The position numbers were made by a program, and so were the translations under genes. The notes beneath the pieces are model-generated. The model was not told the origin of the DNA, searched no databases, and saw only the letters and a list, made by a program, of their open reading frames with translations. This document shows positions 1 through 9,116 of a stretch of 64,000 nt of DNA, in pieces; position 1 is the first letter of the stretch; the number at the start of each line of letters is the position of its first letter. The DNA is from Candidatus Gottesmanbacteria bacterium. GTDB lineage: Bacteria > Patescibacteriota > Microgenomatia > UBA10105 > UBA927. Location: assembly GCA_963714095.1 (NCBI GenBank), contig OY970230.1:70206-134205 (forward strand), read 5' to 3'.

Positions 1-258
1 TGCGGAGAATATTTTAATGTCGGAACCGGCAGACAATCTACAGTTAGGGATATTGTCGAGTTGGCCGTCAAAATAACGGGGAAAACCATCCCGCTCCGAT
101 GGGGTACGATGAAAAACCGGCAGTGGGATACGACAAGTTGGGTTGCCGATATATCAAAAGCAAGACAATTGTTACACTGGACACCAAAAACTTTGTTGGA
201 AGACGGCATTACGATAACCTGGAATTGGTTTCAAAAAAATTCTCGTTATTATTTATGA
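1..258 (+). CDS. NAD-dependent epimerase/dehydratase, C-terminal part (5'-truncated by window)
   Basis: Frame 1 is open from base 1: CGEYFNVGTGRQSTVRDIVE...VADISKARQLLHWTPKTLLEDGI, a typical extended-SDR C-terminus. Confidence 0.8.
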   Translation, partial: CGEYFNVGTGRQSTVRDIVELAVKITGKTIPLRWGTMKNRQWDTTSWVADISKARQLLHWTPKTLLEDGITITWNWFQKNSRYYL

Positions 259-259
259 T

Positions 260-1156
260 ATGAAGTTGACTCCTGTTGCATGTCCTATCTGCGGGTTTTA
301 TGGGGGCGATACAGTCCTGTACAAAAAAAATTTCAGTCTCAGAGACCTAAATACAAATATTTTTTCCGCGCGGCGGATCCCGGATAAAATCCATTATCAA
401 ATAGTGAAATGCAAAACGTGCGGACTCGTCAGATCTACACCGACGGTTCGACAGATTTTTCTCTATCAACTGTATAAAAAAAGTCTTTTTACTTACGATG
501 AAGAGGTTGGTAATTTAACACGTACGTACATAAAGGCGCTGAAACCGATATTACAAAAGCTACCCCGTTCTGCAAAACTATTGGAAATCGGATGCGGCAA
601 CGGGTTCCTGCTGAAAGCTCTCCATGACTTGGGATATCACAACGTCTACGGAATAGAACCCAGTCAGGATGCAATAAATAAAGCCCATACATCCATTAAA
701 AGGACTATAAAGCACGGTGTACTGAAACCGGGAATATTCAGGGAGGAAACGTTCGATTGCATTTTTTTCTTCCAAACACTTGATCATATTCCCCTTCCGA
801 ACGAATTCTTAAAAGAATGTTACCGTTTACTGAAGCATAACGGTAACATTCTCTCTTTCAACCACAATGTCGACAGTGTATCCTCAAAGTTATTGAAAGA
901 AAGTAGTCCCATAATTGACATTGAACACACGTTTCTGTACAGTCCGAAAACCATATCGTTACTTTTTAAAAAAAATAATTTTACGGTCGATACCGTGTAC
1001 GCTCCTTTGAATTATGTATCGCTGCGGCATATTATATGGTTGTTTCCCATTCCGAATACTCTGAAAAAGAGCATTCTTTTACATACACCGAATATTTTAA
1101 ATACAAGTATTCCTATAAACTTGGGGAATGTATGCTTAACAGGAAGAAAAGAATGA
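260..1156 (+). CDS. Class I SAM-dependent methyltransferase with N-terminal Zn-binding motifs
   Basis: CPIC...CKTCG; LLEIGCGNG SAM motif; FQTLDHI; EH motif; glycan cluster context. Confidence 0.85.
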   Translation: MKLTPVACPICGFYGGDTVLYKKNFSLRDLNTNIFSARRIPDKIHYQIVKCKTCGLVRSTPTVRQIFLYQLYKKSLFTYDEEVGNLTRTYIKALKPILQKLPRSAKLLEIGCGNGFLLKALHDLGYHNVYGIEPSQDAINKAHTSIKRTIKHGVLKPGIFREETFDCIFFFQTLDHIPLPNEFLKECYRLLKHNGNILSFNHNVDSVSSKLLKESSPIIDIEHTFLYSPKTISLLFKKNNFTVDTVYAPLNYVSLRHIIWLFPIPNTLKKSILLHTPNILNTSIPINLGNVCLTGRKE

Positions 1157-1869
1157 AAAGACATTTAACAAAAAACCAAAAAGATATCAGGCTCAGACTA
1201 CTGAAAATTCTTTATAAAGGGCAGTCATCGCATATAGGATCGTGTTTAAACGTCATCGATTTAATTGACTGTATCTACGCGGTCAAAAAAAAAGATGATC
1301 CGTTCGTTCTTTCGAGCGGACATGCCGCCGCATCGCTTTACACAATATTAGAAAAGTACAACTATTTGAAAAACCCCAATATCAAAAAGCTTGGATTTCA
1401 TCCGAAAAGAAACGTGAAATACGGCATCGACGTATCGACCGGCAGCCTCGGACAGGGATTGTCTATAGCTGTCGGAATGGCGTTGGCAAACCGACGCCGA
1501 GATGTCTATTGCGTTGTTTCGGACGGAGAATGCACGGAAGGCAGTATTTGGGAAAGCCTGCGTGTTGTACACGAATTAGCTCTCTATAATTTGAAAATTA
1601 TCGTTTCTGCCAACGGCTGGGGGGCTTACGGTCCGATTTACGGGAAAGATTTACAACGAAGGATTCGGGGGTTCGGTTTCACTTTAATCCATGTAGACGG
1701 CCATAATACATCACGAATTATAAAGGCGTTGCGAACGAAAAATCACAAAGCGGTTGTCTTTTTTGCTACAACATCTTCTGAACAATTGTCCTTCTTACAC
1801 GGTATTCATGCTCATTACCTCATCATGGATAGAACAAATTATCAGATTTCTATAAAGGAACTCACATGA
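1153..1869 (+). CDS. Transketolase-like, N-terminal (TPP-binding) subunit
   Basis: SHIGS, LSSGHAA, STGSLGQG, SDGECTEGSIWE motifs; ATG 1153 overlaps the upstream stop. Confidence 0.85.
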   Translation: MKRHLTKNQKDIRLRLLKILYKGQSSHIGSCLNVIDLIDCIYAVKKKDDPFVLSSGHAAASLYTILEKYNYLKNPNIKKLGFHPKRNVKYGIDVSTGSLGQGLSIAVGMALANRRRDVYCVVSDGECTEGSIWESLRVVHELALYNLKIIVSANGWGAYGPIYGKDLQRRIRGFGFTLIHVDGHNTSRIIKALRTKNHKAVVFFATTSSEQLSFLHGIHAHYLIMDRTNYQISIKELT

Positions 1870-2363
1870 AGGATTACTCTCAAAACCTACGACATCTGTT
1901 TGCCAAAACCATTCATGCATCAATGAAAACGGATAAACGGATAATTGTGCTGACCGGCGATCTGGGGTATGGAATGTGGGATGACGTGAGAAAAGATTTT
2001 CCAGCACAGTTCGTTAATGTCGGATCTGCCGAACAAGCGCTCATCGGAATATCCATCGGCCTTGCCCTTAAAGGGCTCACACCGATTACGTATTCTATAA
2101 CACCGTTTTTATTATATCGTCCATTTGAGACAATACGGAATTATTTGAATCAGGAAAGCATTCCTGTTAAACTGATCGGGTCCGGAAGAGGCAGAGATTA
2201 CCTGCATGACGGATTTTCTCATTGGTCGGAGGAAGACAAAAAAGTTATGAAGGTATTCGGTAATATAACTGCATGCTGGCCGGATACCCCGGATGAACTG
2301 ACTAAGATTATCCCCAGAATGTTGCGCGACGGAAAACCCTGGTATATTAATCTAAAAAGATAA
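1866..2363 (+). CDS. Transketolase-like, pyrimidine-binding subunit (no C-terminal domain)
   Basis: LTGDLG, NVGSAEQALIG, RPFETIR, GFSH; ATGA-coupled. Confidence 0.85.
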   Translation: MKDYSQNLRHLFAKTIHASMKTDKRIIVLTGDLGYGMWDDVRKDFPAQFVNVGSAEQALIGISIGLALKGLTPITYSITPFLLYRPFETIRNYLNQESIPVKLIGSGRGRDYLHDGFSHWSEEDKKVMKVFGNITACWPDTPDELTKIIPRMLRDGKPWYINLKR

Positions 2364-3317
2364 ATGGAAATACCCAAAATTTCGGCAATCGTTGCCTGTT
2401 ATAAAGATGAAAAGGCAATTCCTATAATGCACGCCCGTCTTACCGCGGTGTTTAAAAAAATGAAGGTCCATTACGAATTAATTTTCGTCAATGACGGAAG
2501 CCCCGACTCATCGGAGGAAGTGTTAAAAAAAATAGTAGCCAGGGATAACCATACAATAGCCGTTACTCATTCGCGTAATTTCGGTTCCCAAATGGCTTTC
2601 ACGAGCGGTATGGATATTTCGACCGGCGACGCCATCGTATTTTTGGACGGGGATCTGCAGGATCCGCCTGAGGTTATTGAAAAATTTTATGAGAAATGGA
2701 GGGAAGGGTATCAAATCGTGTACGGCGTCCGCGAAAAAAGGGAAGCACCGTTGATTATTCAATTTGCGTACAAATTATTTTACCGGATTTTTCATAGCAT
2801 GTCCTATATTTCCATGCCATTAGATGCAGGTGATTTTTCATTAATCGACAGAAGAGCTGTCGAAGTATTAAAAATGTTTCCGGAACGAGACAGATTTTTA
2901 CGTGGATTACGGGCGTGGATCGGCTTCCGTCAAACAGGTGTTACCTATACACGGAAGGAACGGGTGTTCGGAAAATCTACAAATAGTTTGCTCAAAAACT
3001 TTGAGTGGGCCAAACGGGGTATTTTTTCTTTTTCATACGTTCCACTACAATTGGTGACAATGGTCTCATTATGTACGTTTATAGCCTCTGTACTGGCTAT
3101 GTTTTTACAAATACTGTTAAGACTACTCCTGCCGAATCTTGCTCCAAAAGGCACAACAACGATATTAATAGCCGTATTATTTATCGGATCCATACAGCTT
3201 CTCTGTATAAGCGTGCTGGGAGAATATATAGGAAGAATTTTTGAAGAGGTGAAACAAAGACCAAAATATATTGTAAAGAATATCATGAGAAAGCACGATC
3301 GTGTATCATCCTCATAA
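2364..3317 (+). CDS. GT2 polyisoprenyl-phosphate glycosyltransferase (GtrB-like)
   Basis: VNDGSPD, SRNFG, DGDLQDPP, GDFSLIDR; two C-terminal TM helices; EEVKQRPKY. Confidence 0.9.
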   Translation: MEIPKISAIVACYKDEKAIPIMHARLTAVFKKMKVHYELIFVNDGSPDSSEEVLKKIVARDNHTIAVTHSRNFGSQMAFTSGMDISTGDAIVFLDGDLQDPPEVIEKFYEKWREGYQIVYGVREKREAPLIIQFAYKLFYRIFHSMSYISMPLDAGDFSLIDRRAVEVLKMFPERDRFLRGLRAWIGFRQTGVTYTRKERVFGKSTNSLLKNFEWAKRGIFSFSYVPLQLVTMVSLCTFIASVLAMFLQILLRLLLPNLAPKGTTTILIAVLFIGSIQLLCISVLGEYIGRIFEEVKQRPKYIVKNIMRKHDRVSSS

Positions 3318-3339
3318 AACATACGTGCGTTCCCGTCAG

Positions 3340-4503
3340 TTATTTACTGCAAATAAGCCGTGTTGTATCCGAAAAGACGGAGTACTGACCGCTTCCGGTA
3401 TCTGCGCCTGCGACGGTCGCGTACGCATATCGGCCGTAATAGACAGTATTATTTTTGAATACGGCAGATACGGTAAGCGCATTTCCATAGGTGTTAACGA
3501 CGTCACTTCCACCGTCAGCCGTGCCGATCTCAAGCCAATAGGAGGCGGCACCCGTAACAGACGGGAAATTTACGGTAACGTTCCAAGTATTTTGGTTCGG
3601 ACCGTTGTTATACGTTCCGCAGGTAACATTTGAAGTTGCCGTCGGTTTTGTCAGTGAATAATAAGAATTTACGGTCAAAACGATAAAAGCCGCTGGTGCG
3701 GTAACCGCAACCGGCGCGGAAGAAGCGATATCCGTGTCAGTCCCGTCACTCTGTCTCTGTTTGAGTACGGCTATAACTGAATAGGAATTACCGGTAGTGG
3801 AATTATCCCATTCCCAGACGGTTCCGTTAACCGGAATAAGGTTGTCTACAGCTACCTGATACGATGAACCGCTGGCCAATTTTTGCAGAACGACAATCCG
3901 TGAATTAATCGGGGCTTCTCCGTGGAAGCTAATATTTCCTGAAAGAGCAGCAATAGATGGTGTCGGAGTCGCACTCGCAGTCGCGGGATTGCTTGCAGTC
4001 GGCGACAGAGGGATTGGTGCGGAAGAAGGTTCTCCGGTTGGTACGAGAGTTGGCGACGGCGCCTGGGAATTCACATTGAATTGGACATTCAGTGACGGAG
4101 CCGAAACCGTAACGATTTGTGATGTTCCGATTACTCTGCTTGTCGGATCCAGAAGCGTGACCTTTAAATCGTAACTGGTTTTACCCGTGGCCTTGGAATA
4201 AGAAAATATTTGATTTGATTTTGCGGGAAGGTTTTGCACAACAGTACTAAACTGTTGGGTTCCGGCTACCCGGGCTTCCACATTCATCGTGGAACCATCA
4301 GGAATAAACCCATTGATACTGATAGATCCCAAAATAGTTGCAGCAATTGTACCTGTAGGAACCGTAGATAGGCCCTCCGGAGTAAATTCTTGTGTAACAG
4401 GAGTCTGAGACACGGTGTTATGGCGCGGGTAGAAAAGCGTTGCATACAGTCCTGTGAAAAAGGCGGCTGCAAGAACAATGGCGGCTAGAATGGTAGATTT
4501 CAC
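3340..4503 (-). CDS. Secreted/surface Ser/Thr/Pro-rich protein with repeated beta-sandwich domains
   Basis: N-terminal hydrophobic segment; PT-rich linker; two similar beta-rich repeats; C-terminal FN3-like segment. Confidence 0.7.
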   Translation of the reverse strand: MKSTILAAIVLAAAFFTGLYATLFYPRHNTVSQTPVTQEFTPEGLSTVPTGTIAATILGSISINGFIPDGSTMNVEARVAGTQQFSTVVQNLPAKSNQIFSYSKATGKTSYDLKVTLLDPTSRVIGTSQIVTVSAPSLNVQFNVNSQAPSPTLVPTGEPSSAPIPLSPTASNPATASATPTPSIAALSGNISFHGEAPINSRIVVLQKLASGSSYQVAVDNLIPVNGTVWEWDNSTTGNSYSVIAVLKQRQSDGTDTDIASSAPVAVTAPAAFIVLTVNSYYSLTKPTATSNVTCGTYNNGPNQNTWNVTVNFPSVTGAASYWLEIGTADGGSDVVNTYGNALTVSAVFKNNTVYYGRYAYATVAGADTGSGQYSVFSDTTRLICSK

Positions 4504-4627
4504 ATTTCCAGCGTATCACGAGTATTTGCAGGTGACAATAAAGATTGTGAGCTGCTTATGGTACGTTGCTCCATATTTTCTACAATTCGTTCCGCAATAG
4601 AACCTATAGTTATGGTATAATCGTACA

Positions 4628-4945
4628 ATGCCAGCCAATAACGAGTGTCTGCAATTACGGTTAGGTGAAAAAGTTCCGTGTCGGGGGGATGCCGAATACT
4701 ATGCAAAGGAATTGATTTGTCCTTTTTTAAAATGCATGGCTGCCGTAGCCTTAAGTGACCCTTATGGTTTACTAAAAAATGTTATGGGGAATCAAGTTAC
4801 GTTTCATGCAGCATCAGTCGTTCGAGAAGTTGTCTTCCATATGGTTTGTCCGGGATCTTTTAATCCTAATGCTGATGAAAATAAACTATTTGAGTATACT
4901 CCGGAAAAACCATTCATTGAATCGCCGGAATGGCTTAATCAATAG
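4628..4945 (+). CDS. Hypothetical Cys-rich protein
   Basis: 105-aa ORF; TGGTATAAT 6 nt upstream of the ATG. Confidence 0.55.
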   Translation: MPANNECLQLRLGEKVPCRGDAEYYAKELICPFLKCMAAVALSDPYGLLKNVMGNQVTFHAASVVREVVFHMVCPGSFNPNADENKLFEYTPEKPFIESPEWLNQ

Positions 4946-4969
4946 CACATTTCTGAATTTCCAAAACAA

Positions 4970-4976
4970 AGTGAGC
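4970..4976 (+). repeat. Candidate attL core AGTGAGC
   Basis: Identical to 27570-27576; GTG AGC (Val-Ser) is in frame with a start-less ORF tail ending at 5117. Confidence 0.55.
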
Positions 4977-5113
4977 GAGCTGTCCCGTAGGTGGAACACT
5001 ATACTCCCAAGTCTCCTGGCCACGTACGAAAAACTTCAGAAACTCGGATTTACCTACTGTGACGGCAAAGTTACTGTTATTATACCCGATTTAAACGGGA
5101 AAAAAGGAGGATC

Positions 5114-5611
5114 ATGAATAATCTTATTCTTTCCGGTGTTAAAAAACTGTTTCATCTGTCACCCGACCTCGTTCAATCTCAGCTTTTTAACGAGACCACG
5201 TTCTACAAACGGTTTATAACCGATCTTAAGCGCTCTAGAACGGAAGTTATCATCGAAAGCCCGTACATTACATCTCAACGCATGTTTCACCTGACAGAAG
5301 TCTTCAGAGAGTTGGTTCGAAGGAAGGTAAAGGTTTACGTTATCACCCGCGATCCGGACGACCACGATCCAAATCTCAAACGACAGGCAGAATGTGAGAT
5401 CAGACAGTTTGAAACGATGGGAATCCAGGTTTTAATCAGTAATGAATATTCTCACCGGAAACTGGCTATTATTGACCGGAAAGTACTTTGGGAAGGCAGC
5501 TTAAATATTCTCTCCCATACCTGCAGCCGGGAAATTATGAGGCGGATTGACAGTGAAGCTCAAGCCAAGGAATGTTTCAAGTTTATTAACCTTGGAAAAT
5601 ACATTTATTAA
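5114..5611 (+). CDS. Phospholipase D-like (single HKD) nuclease
   Basis: IESPYI; SHRKLAIIDRKVLWEGSLN = HxKxxxxD...GSxN; SD AAGGAGG. Confidence 0.85.
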   Translation: MNNLILSGVKKLFHLSPDLVQSQLFNETTFYKRFITDLKRSRTEVIIESPYITSQRMFHLTEVFRELVRRKVKVYVITRDPDDHDPNLKRQAECEIRQFETMGIQVLISNEYSHRKLAIIDRKVLWEGSLNILSHTCSREIMRRIDSEAQAKECFKFINLGKYIY

Positions 5612-5642
5612 CAAACAATGGTAAATTGTGTATAATCGCACT

Positions 5643-5861
5643 ATGAGCAAAATCGGCGGATACCAATTAAACGAAAAAGATATCGATGGCGTCCTTCGAT
5701 TTCTGAAAGCTACCGATCCAGAACATGCCACACCGGAGATGGCTATGGCCTTACTGGCGCATCTTAAAGCTCATTATCACATAAAAGCTTATCTTGAACC
5801 TGAGGAACTCGAAAAAGAGTATAAGGAACTTCTACACGAGATAGAAATGAAGAAGAATTAA
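5643..5861 (+). CDS. Hypothetical protein
   Basis: 72 aa; TGTGTATAAT 6 nt upstream of ATG 5643. Confidence 0.6.
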   Translation: MSKIGGYQLNEKDIDGVLRFLKATDPEHATPEMAMALLAHLKAHYHIKAYLEPEELEKEYKELLHEIEMKKN

Positions 5862-6082
5862 AACGAGAGAATTTCCGAAGATTTAACCCCAAGAGCTCCC
5901 AAAATCTTTTTAAGTGTAATGACAGATGGAATAGCATCACCGCGTTCAACTTTAGCGTAAAAATTACTGTTCAAACCGGCTTTCTTGGCTACGTCAGTTT
6001 GAAACAAACCTTTTTTGAGACGGTATTTTTTCAATTTCGAAGCGATGTCCTGCCTTGTCTTTTCATCCTGCGGGTTAAGCAT
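5858..6082 (-). CDS. XRE-family HTH transcriptional regulator
   Basis: LKKYRLKKGLFQTDVAKKAGLNSNFYAKVERGDAIPSVITLKKILGALGV. Confidence 0.9.
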   Translation of the reverse strand: MLNPQDEKTRQDIASKLKKYRLKKGLFQTDVAKKAGLNSNFYAKVERGDAIPSVITLKKILGALGVKSSEILSF

Positions 6083-6096
6083 ATAGGGATAGTATA
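6048..6096. repeat. 49-bp direct repeat, copy 1 (5' end and promoter of the XRE gene)
   Basis: 46/49 identical to 8334-8382. Confidence 0.9.
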
Positions 6097-6167
6097 CATC
6101 AACGGTCTACTTTTCTGGAAATATTTATTGGTGTTACTTTTCTATTTATGGCCAAATTTAGTACAAT

Positions 6168-6683
6168 ATGGGCATATTAATTGATATGGATATTAAACAC
6201 TTTATAAGCGGGATACAAACAATTAACTGGGGTAATGTTCTTACTGCAATTTTAGGTATCTATGGGGCCATTTTAACAACTTATACGATTTACAAACAGC
6301 GAAAAGATAAAAAACCTAACGTAAAAACTTCTATATCAATGGGCTTTATGACTGGTGGCTTTGGAGCGAGTGAACTATTTCTTTTTGTTAAGGCCGCAAA
6401 TCATGGTGAAACTCCGGTTGTTCTTAGTTCTTGGCAATTAATATTACCCCATAAAAGACAATTAATTTACCCAAATGCCAACGGACAATCACACTTACCG
6501 TTTGCTTTGGAACAAAACAGAAATTATCAAGTATGGGTACCAGTCAAGGTAATAGCACGATCTTTGAATAAGTATGGATATAAAAACAAAATAAATATAA
6601 AGGCGGTCTATTTTGATGAACTAGAAAATAAGTATATTAGTAAAGATTTTAAGTTCGATATTAAGGAGTGGTTAAAGGAATAA
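6168..6683 (+). CDS. Hypothetical single-TM protein
   Basis: N-terminal TM helix, then a beta-rich soluble domain (ANHGETPV). Confidence 0.7.
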   Translation: MGILIDMDIKHFISGIQTINWGNVLTAILGIYGAILTTYTIYKQRKDKKPNVKTSISMGFMTGGFGASELFLFVKAANHGETPVVLSSWQLILPHKRQLIYPNANGQSHLPFALEQNRNYQVWVPVKVIARSLNKYGYKNKINIKAVYFDELENKYISKDFKFDIKEWLKE

Positions 6684-6688
6684 ATACT

Positions 6689-8320
6689 ATGACAGATATT
6701 AAGTCACCATTTTTAAGATTTAGACACGGGACACCACTACAGGTTACTCCTGAAATACAACAGTCAATAAAGATATTCGTTGACCAGTATAAAAAGGAAG
6801 GCGAAGCCGCATTTAAAACACTTACTGAGGATATTGCTGACGGCTCTGGTTGGGGCATTCACCCTAACTCAACTTGGTATCGGGCAATTTACGAACTCTT
6901 TCGTATATACCGTGAGTGGGATGAACCGAACAGACAAGAAGCGCTTAAAAAGATTGTTGAAATAATCGAAGCGCTCGCATCTGACACCAATCCTGAAACG
7001 ATATGGGACAAAGTCGCTAATCTTATTAACGATAACATAGAAATTATTAGTGGATGGGAATACTCCCATATAAAACGGTTCAGCGAAGAAGAACATCTTA
7101 TTAGAGACACTGACGGTTCTTATTACAAAGAAGAAAATGGAAGAAAAATCCAAGTCATCGGTACAAAAACCCTTGAAGAAAATAAGTTTGGTTATATTGA
7201 AGACAACATTACTCGTGAACACGGCAACATTGGCATGTTACTAAAATTTATCGAGGAAGTATTTATTTCCCTTGACTTTAAACAAAATCCAAAGCACTAC
7301 CACAAACAACTACAATTCGCACTAAGTGAAAGTGATAATGACACGTGGTTTTTACATGGTTGTTGGCGCGTAAACTCCGCTTATGAGCTTATCCCTATCG
7401 CTTGGCATCCAAGATCCTGTTTTACCGATATTGAGTGGTTGAAAGCCGAAATGATTACTTTATTGGCAAACAAATGTCAGGTTTCTAAAGATGCTATCCC
7501 GGAAATAACTGTGGACGATGATAGTCTATTACAATTTCAAAAAGCTTTTAAAGGGTATCCCACTCAATATGAAGTTTCATTAGACACAAATGTATTACTT
7601 AGCAGTAATCCATTCGGAAAAACACCCCCAGAAGTATATATAGATTTTGGTGATAGAACTATCAGATGGATTAACGGAACAAAATATGTGTTTCCATCAC
7701 TCATTATTCCATCAAAGGATGATAATTATGAGGACGCCCGACAGATTGCACAAAAGTTTGTTAACGCTATTGTATTTTCAGAAAAAATACCCATTAGGAT
7801 TGTCTGGAGTGCCGGTTGCCCAAGTAAATTTCCACCATTAATAAGGCAACCAAGGTTAAGTATATTCATGGGTGTATCACAAGAAATACTGGGCTTACTA
7901 AGTCAACCTAAAAATGATAAAGAATGGGAAGCACTTTCCTATTACAAGGAAGCAGTTAATTCACAAAGTCCTTATTACAAATATGTGTGTTATTACAATG
8001 TCGTAAAACTAGCATTCCTTAATCCGAGCACAAATGATGAAGACAATACTAAAACCGACGATTGGATTAATAAACAAATCCTGAGGTCGGATATTACATC
8101 ACTACAGAAAAAGCTAACCTTACAAAATAGAACATTAGGGGAATATCTTAGGCACGAGGGTGGCAGGGATGCTATCCTACATGTTGGAACTCTTACAAGA
8201 GGCGGAACGCATTCAACCTTAAAACCTGACAATCAAGTGGATAGGCAGAAAATTGAAGAAATAATACCAGTTGTCGAGGAACTAGCTATAAAAGTTATTG
8301 AAACAGGACTGTTGAAATAA
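6689..8320 (+). CDS. Protein with C-terminal MauJ-like/HEPN domain, candidate defence RNase
   Basis: ALSYYKEAVNSQSPYYKYVCYYNVV and YLRHEGGRDAILH (RxxxxH) resemble the MauJ family; N-terminal region unrecognised. Confidence 0.55.
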   Translation: MTDIKSPFLRFRHGTPLQVTPEIQQSIKIFVDQYKKEGEAAFKTLTEDIADGSGWGIHPNSTWYRAIYELFRIYREWDEPNRQEALKKIVEIIEALASDTNPETIWDKVANLINDNIEIISGWEYSHIKRFSEEEHLIRDTDGSYYKEENGRKIQVIGTKTLEENKFGYIEDNITREHGNIGMLLKFIEEVFISLDFKQNPKHYHKQLQFALSESDNDTWFLHGCWRVNSAYELIPIAWHPRSCFTDIEWLKAEMITLLANKCQVSKDAIPEITVDDDSLLQFQKAFKGYPTQYEVSLDTNVLLSSNPFGKTPPEVYIDFGDRTIRWINGTKYVFPSLIIPSKDDNYEDARQIAQKFVNAIVFSEKIPIRIVWSAGCPSKFPPLIRQPRLSIFMGVSQEILGLLSQPKNDKEWEALSYYKEAVNSQSPYYKYVCYYNVVKLAFLNPSTNDEDNTKTDDWINKQILRSDITSLQKKLTLQNRTLGEYLRHEGGRDAILHVGTLTRGGTHSTLKPDNQVDRQKIEEIIPVVEELAIKVIETGLLK

Positions 8321-8333
8321 TTTTGAGGTTATT

Positions 8334-8382
8334 TCCTGCCTTGTCTTTTCATCCTGCAGATTAAGCATACAGGGATAGTATA
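8334..8382. repeat. 49-bp direct repeat, copy 2 (truncated XRE 5' remnant)
   Basis: Minus strand reads MLNLQDEKTRQEITSKL versus MLNPQDEKTRQDIASKL in the intact XRE. Confidence 0.9.
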
Positions 8383-8480
8383 GCAAAAATCGGGATCTGA
8401 GTCTGCAAAGTGTACAAATTGTTAATCAGTATCTATATTGATAGAATAAATACGCTTGACGTAAATTATCGAAGTATTTT

Positions 8481-9073
8481 ATGACTATCTTAGAAGTAAC
8501 AAGCATCGCTAATGTAATTATCCTGCTCATAACTGTTGTGGTAGCCGGAATTTATGCGTGGCTTACTCATGGAATAAGAGAAACATCCATCCAACAACTA
8601 AAACATAGCTTAATGCCATTTCCAATCGTTTATTTAAAGGGCAGAGATTTAAAGGGACATCTAAATACAATCTTTTTAGTTAAAAACATCGGAAATGGAA
8701 CAGCGTTGAATATACAAATTGAGGATTTCAATTTACACATAAAGGACAATATTAACGGCAGAAAAATTGATGAGAAATATAAGATGACTTTAAAAATGAA
8801 AAATCCGAACATTTTAGAAAAGGGTGGAGAAAGTGAATTAATAACAGAACATTCTTAAATAACAAAAGTATGGGCCCTGGATATAGCTTATCTCCATATC
8901 TCGATCCAAGATTTTCAAATATGGAAATCCCTTTAACGCTCAATTATCTTGACATCACAGGCAGAAAATATTCAACTAAAATTAGTTTTGGAACAGGGAA
9001 ATTGAATATAATCGAGCCCCCTCGTGAAGAAAAACTTAAAAAAGCAACTCAACTTTCAAGTGAACTACCATGA
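8481..9073 (+). pseudogene. Single-TM hypothetical protein split by a 1-nt indel near 8850
   Basis: Adding one A joins ELITE to TFLNNKSMGPG; NIGNGTALNI motif. Confidence 0.55.
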
Positions 9074-9116
9074 TATTTCTTGAACAAAATCTTCAGTTAA
9101 TAACTGAATCATATAC

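Noticed and set aside
4779-5117. 112-aa ORF as an independent gene
   Set aside because: Its 5' half overlaps the 4628-4945 gene out of frame; only the part from 4971 is considered meaningful (integrase tail hypothesis).
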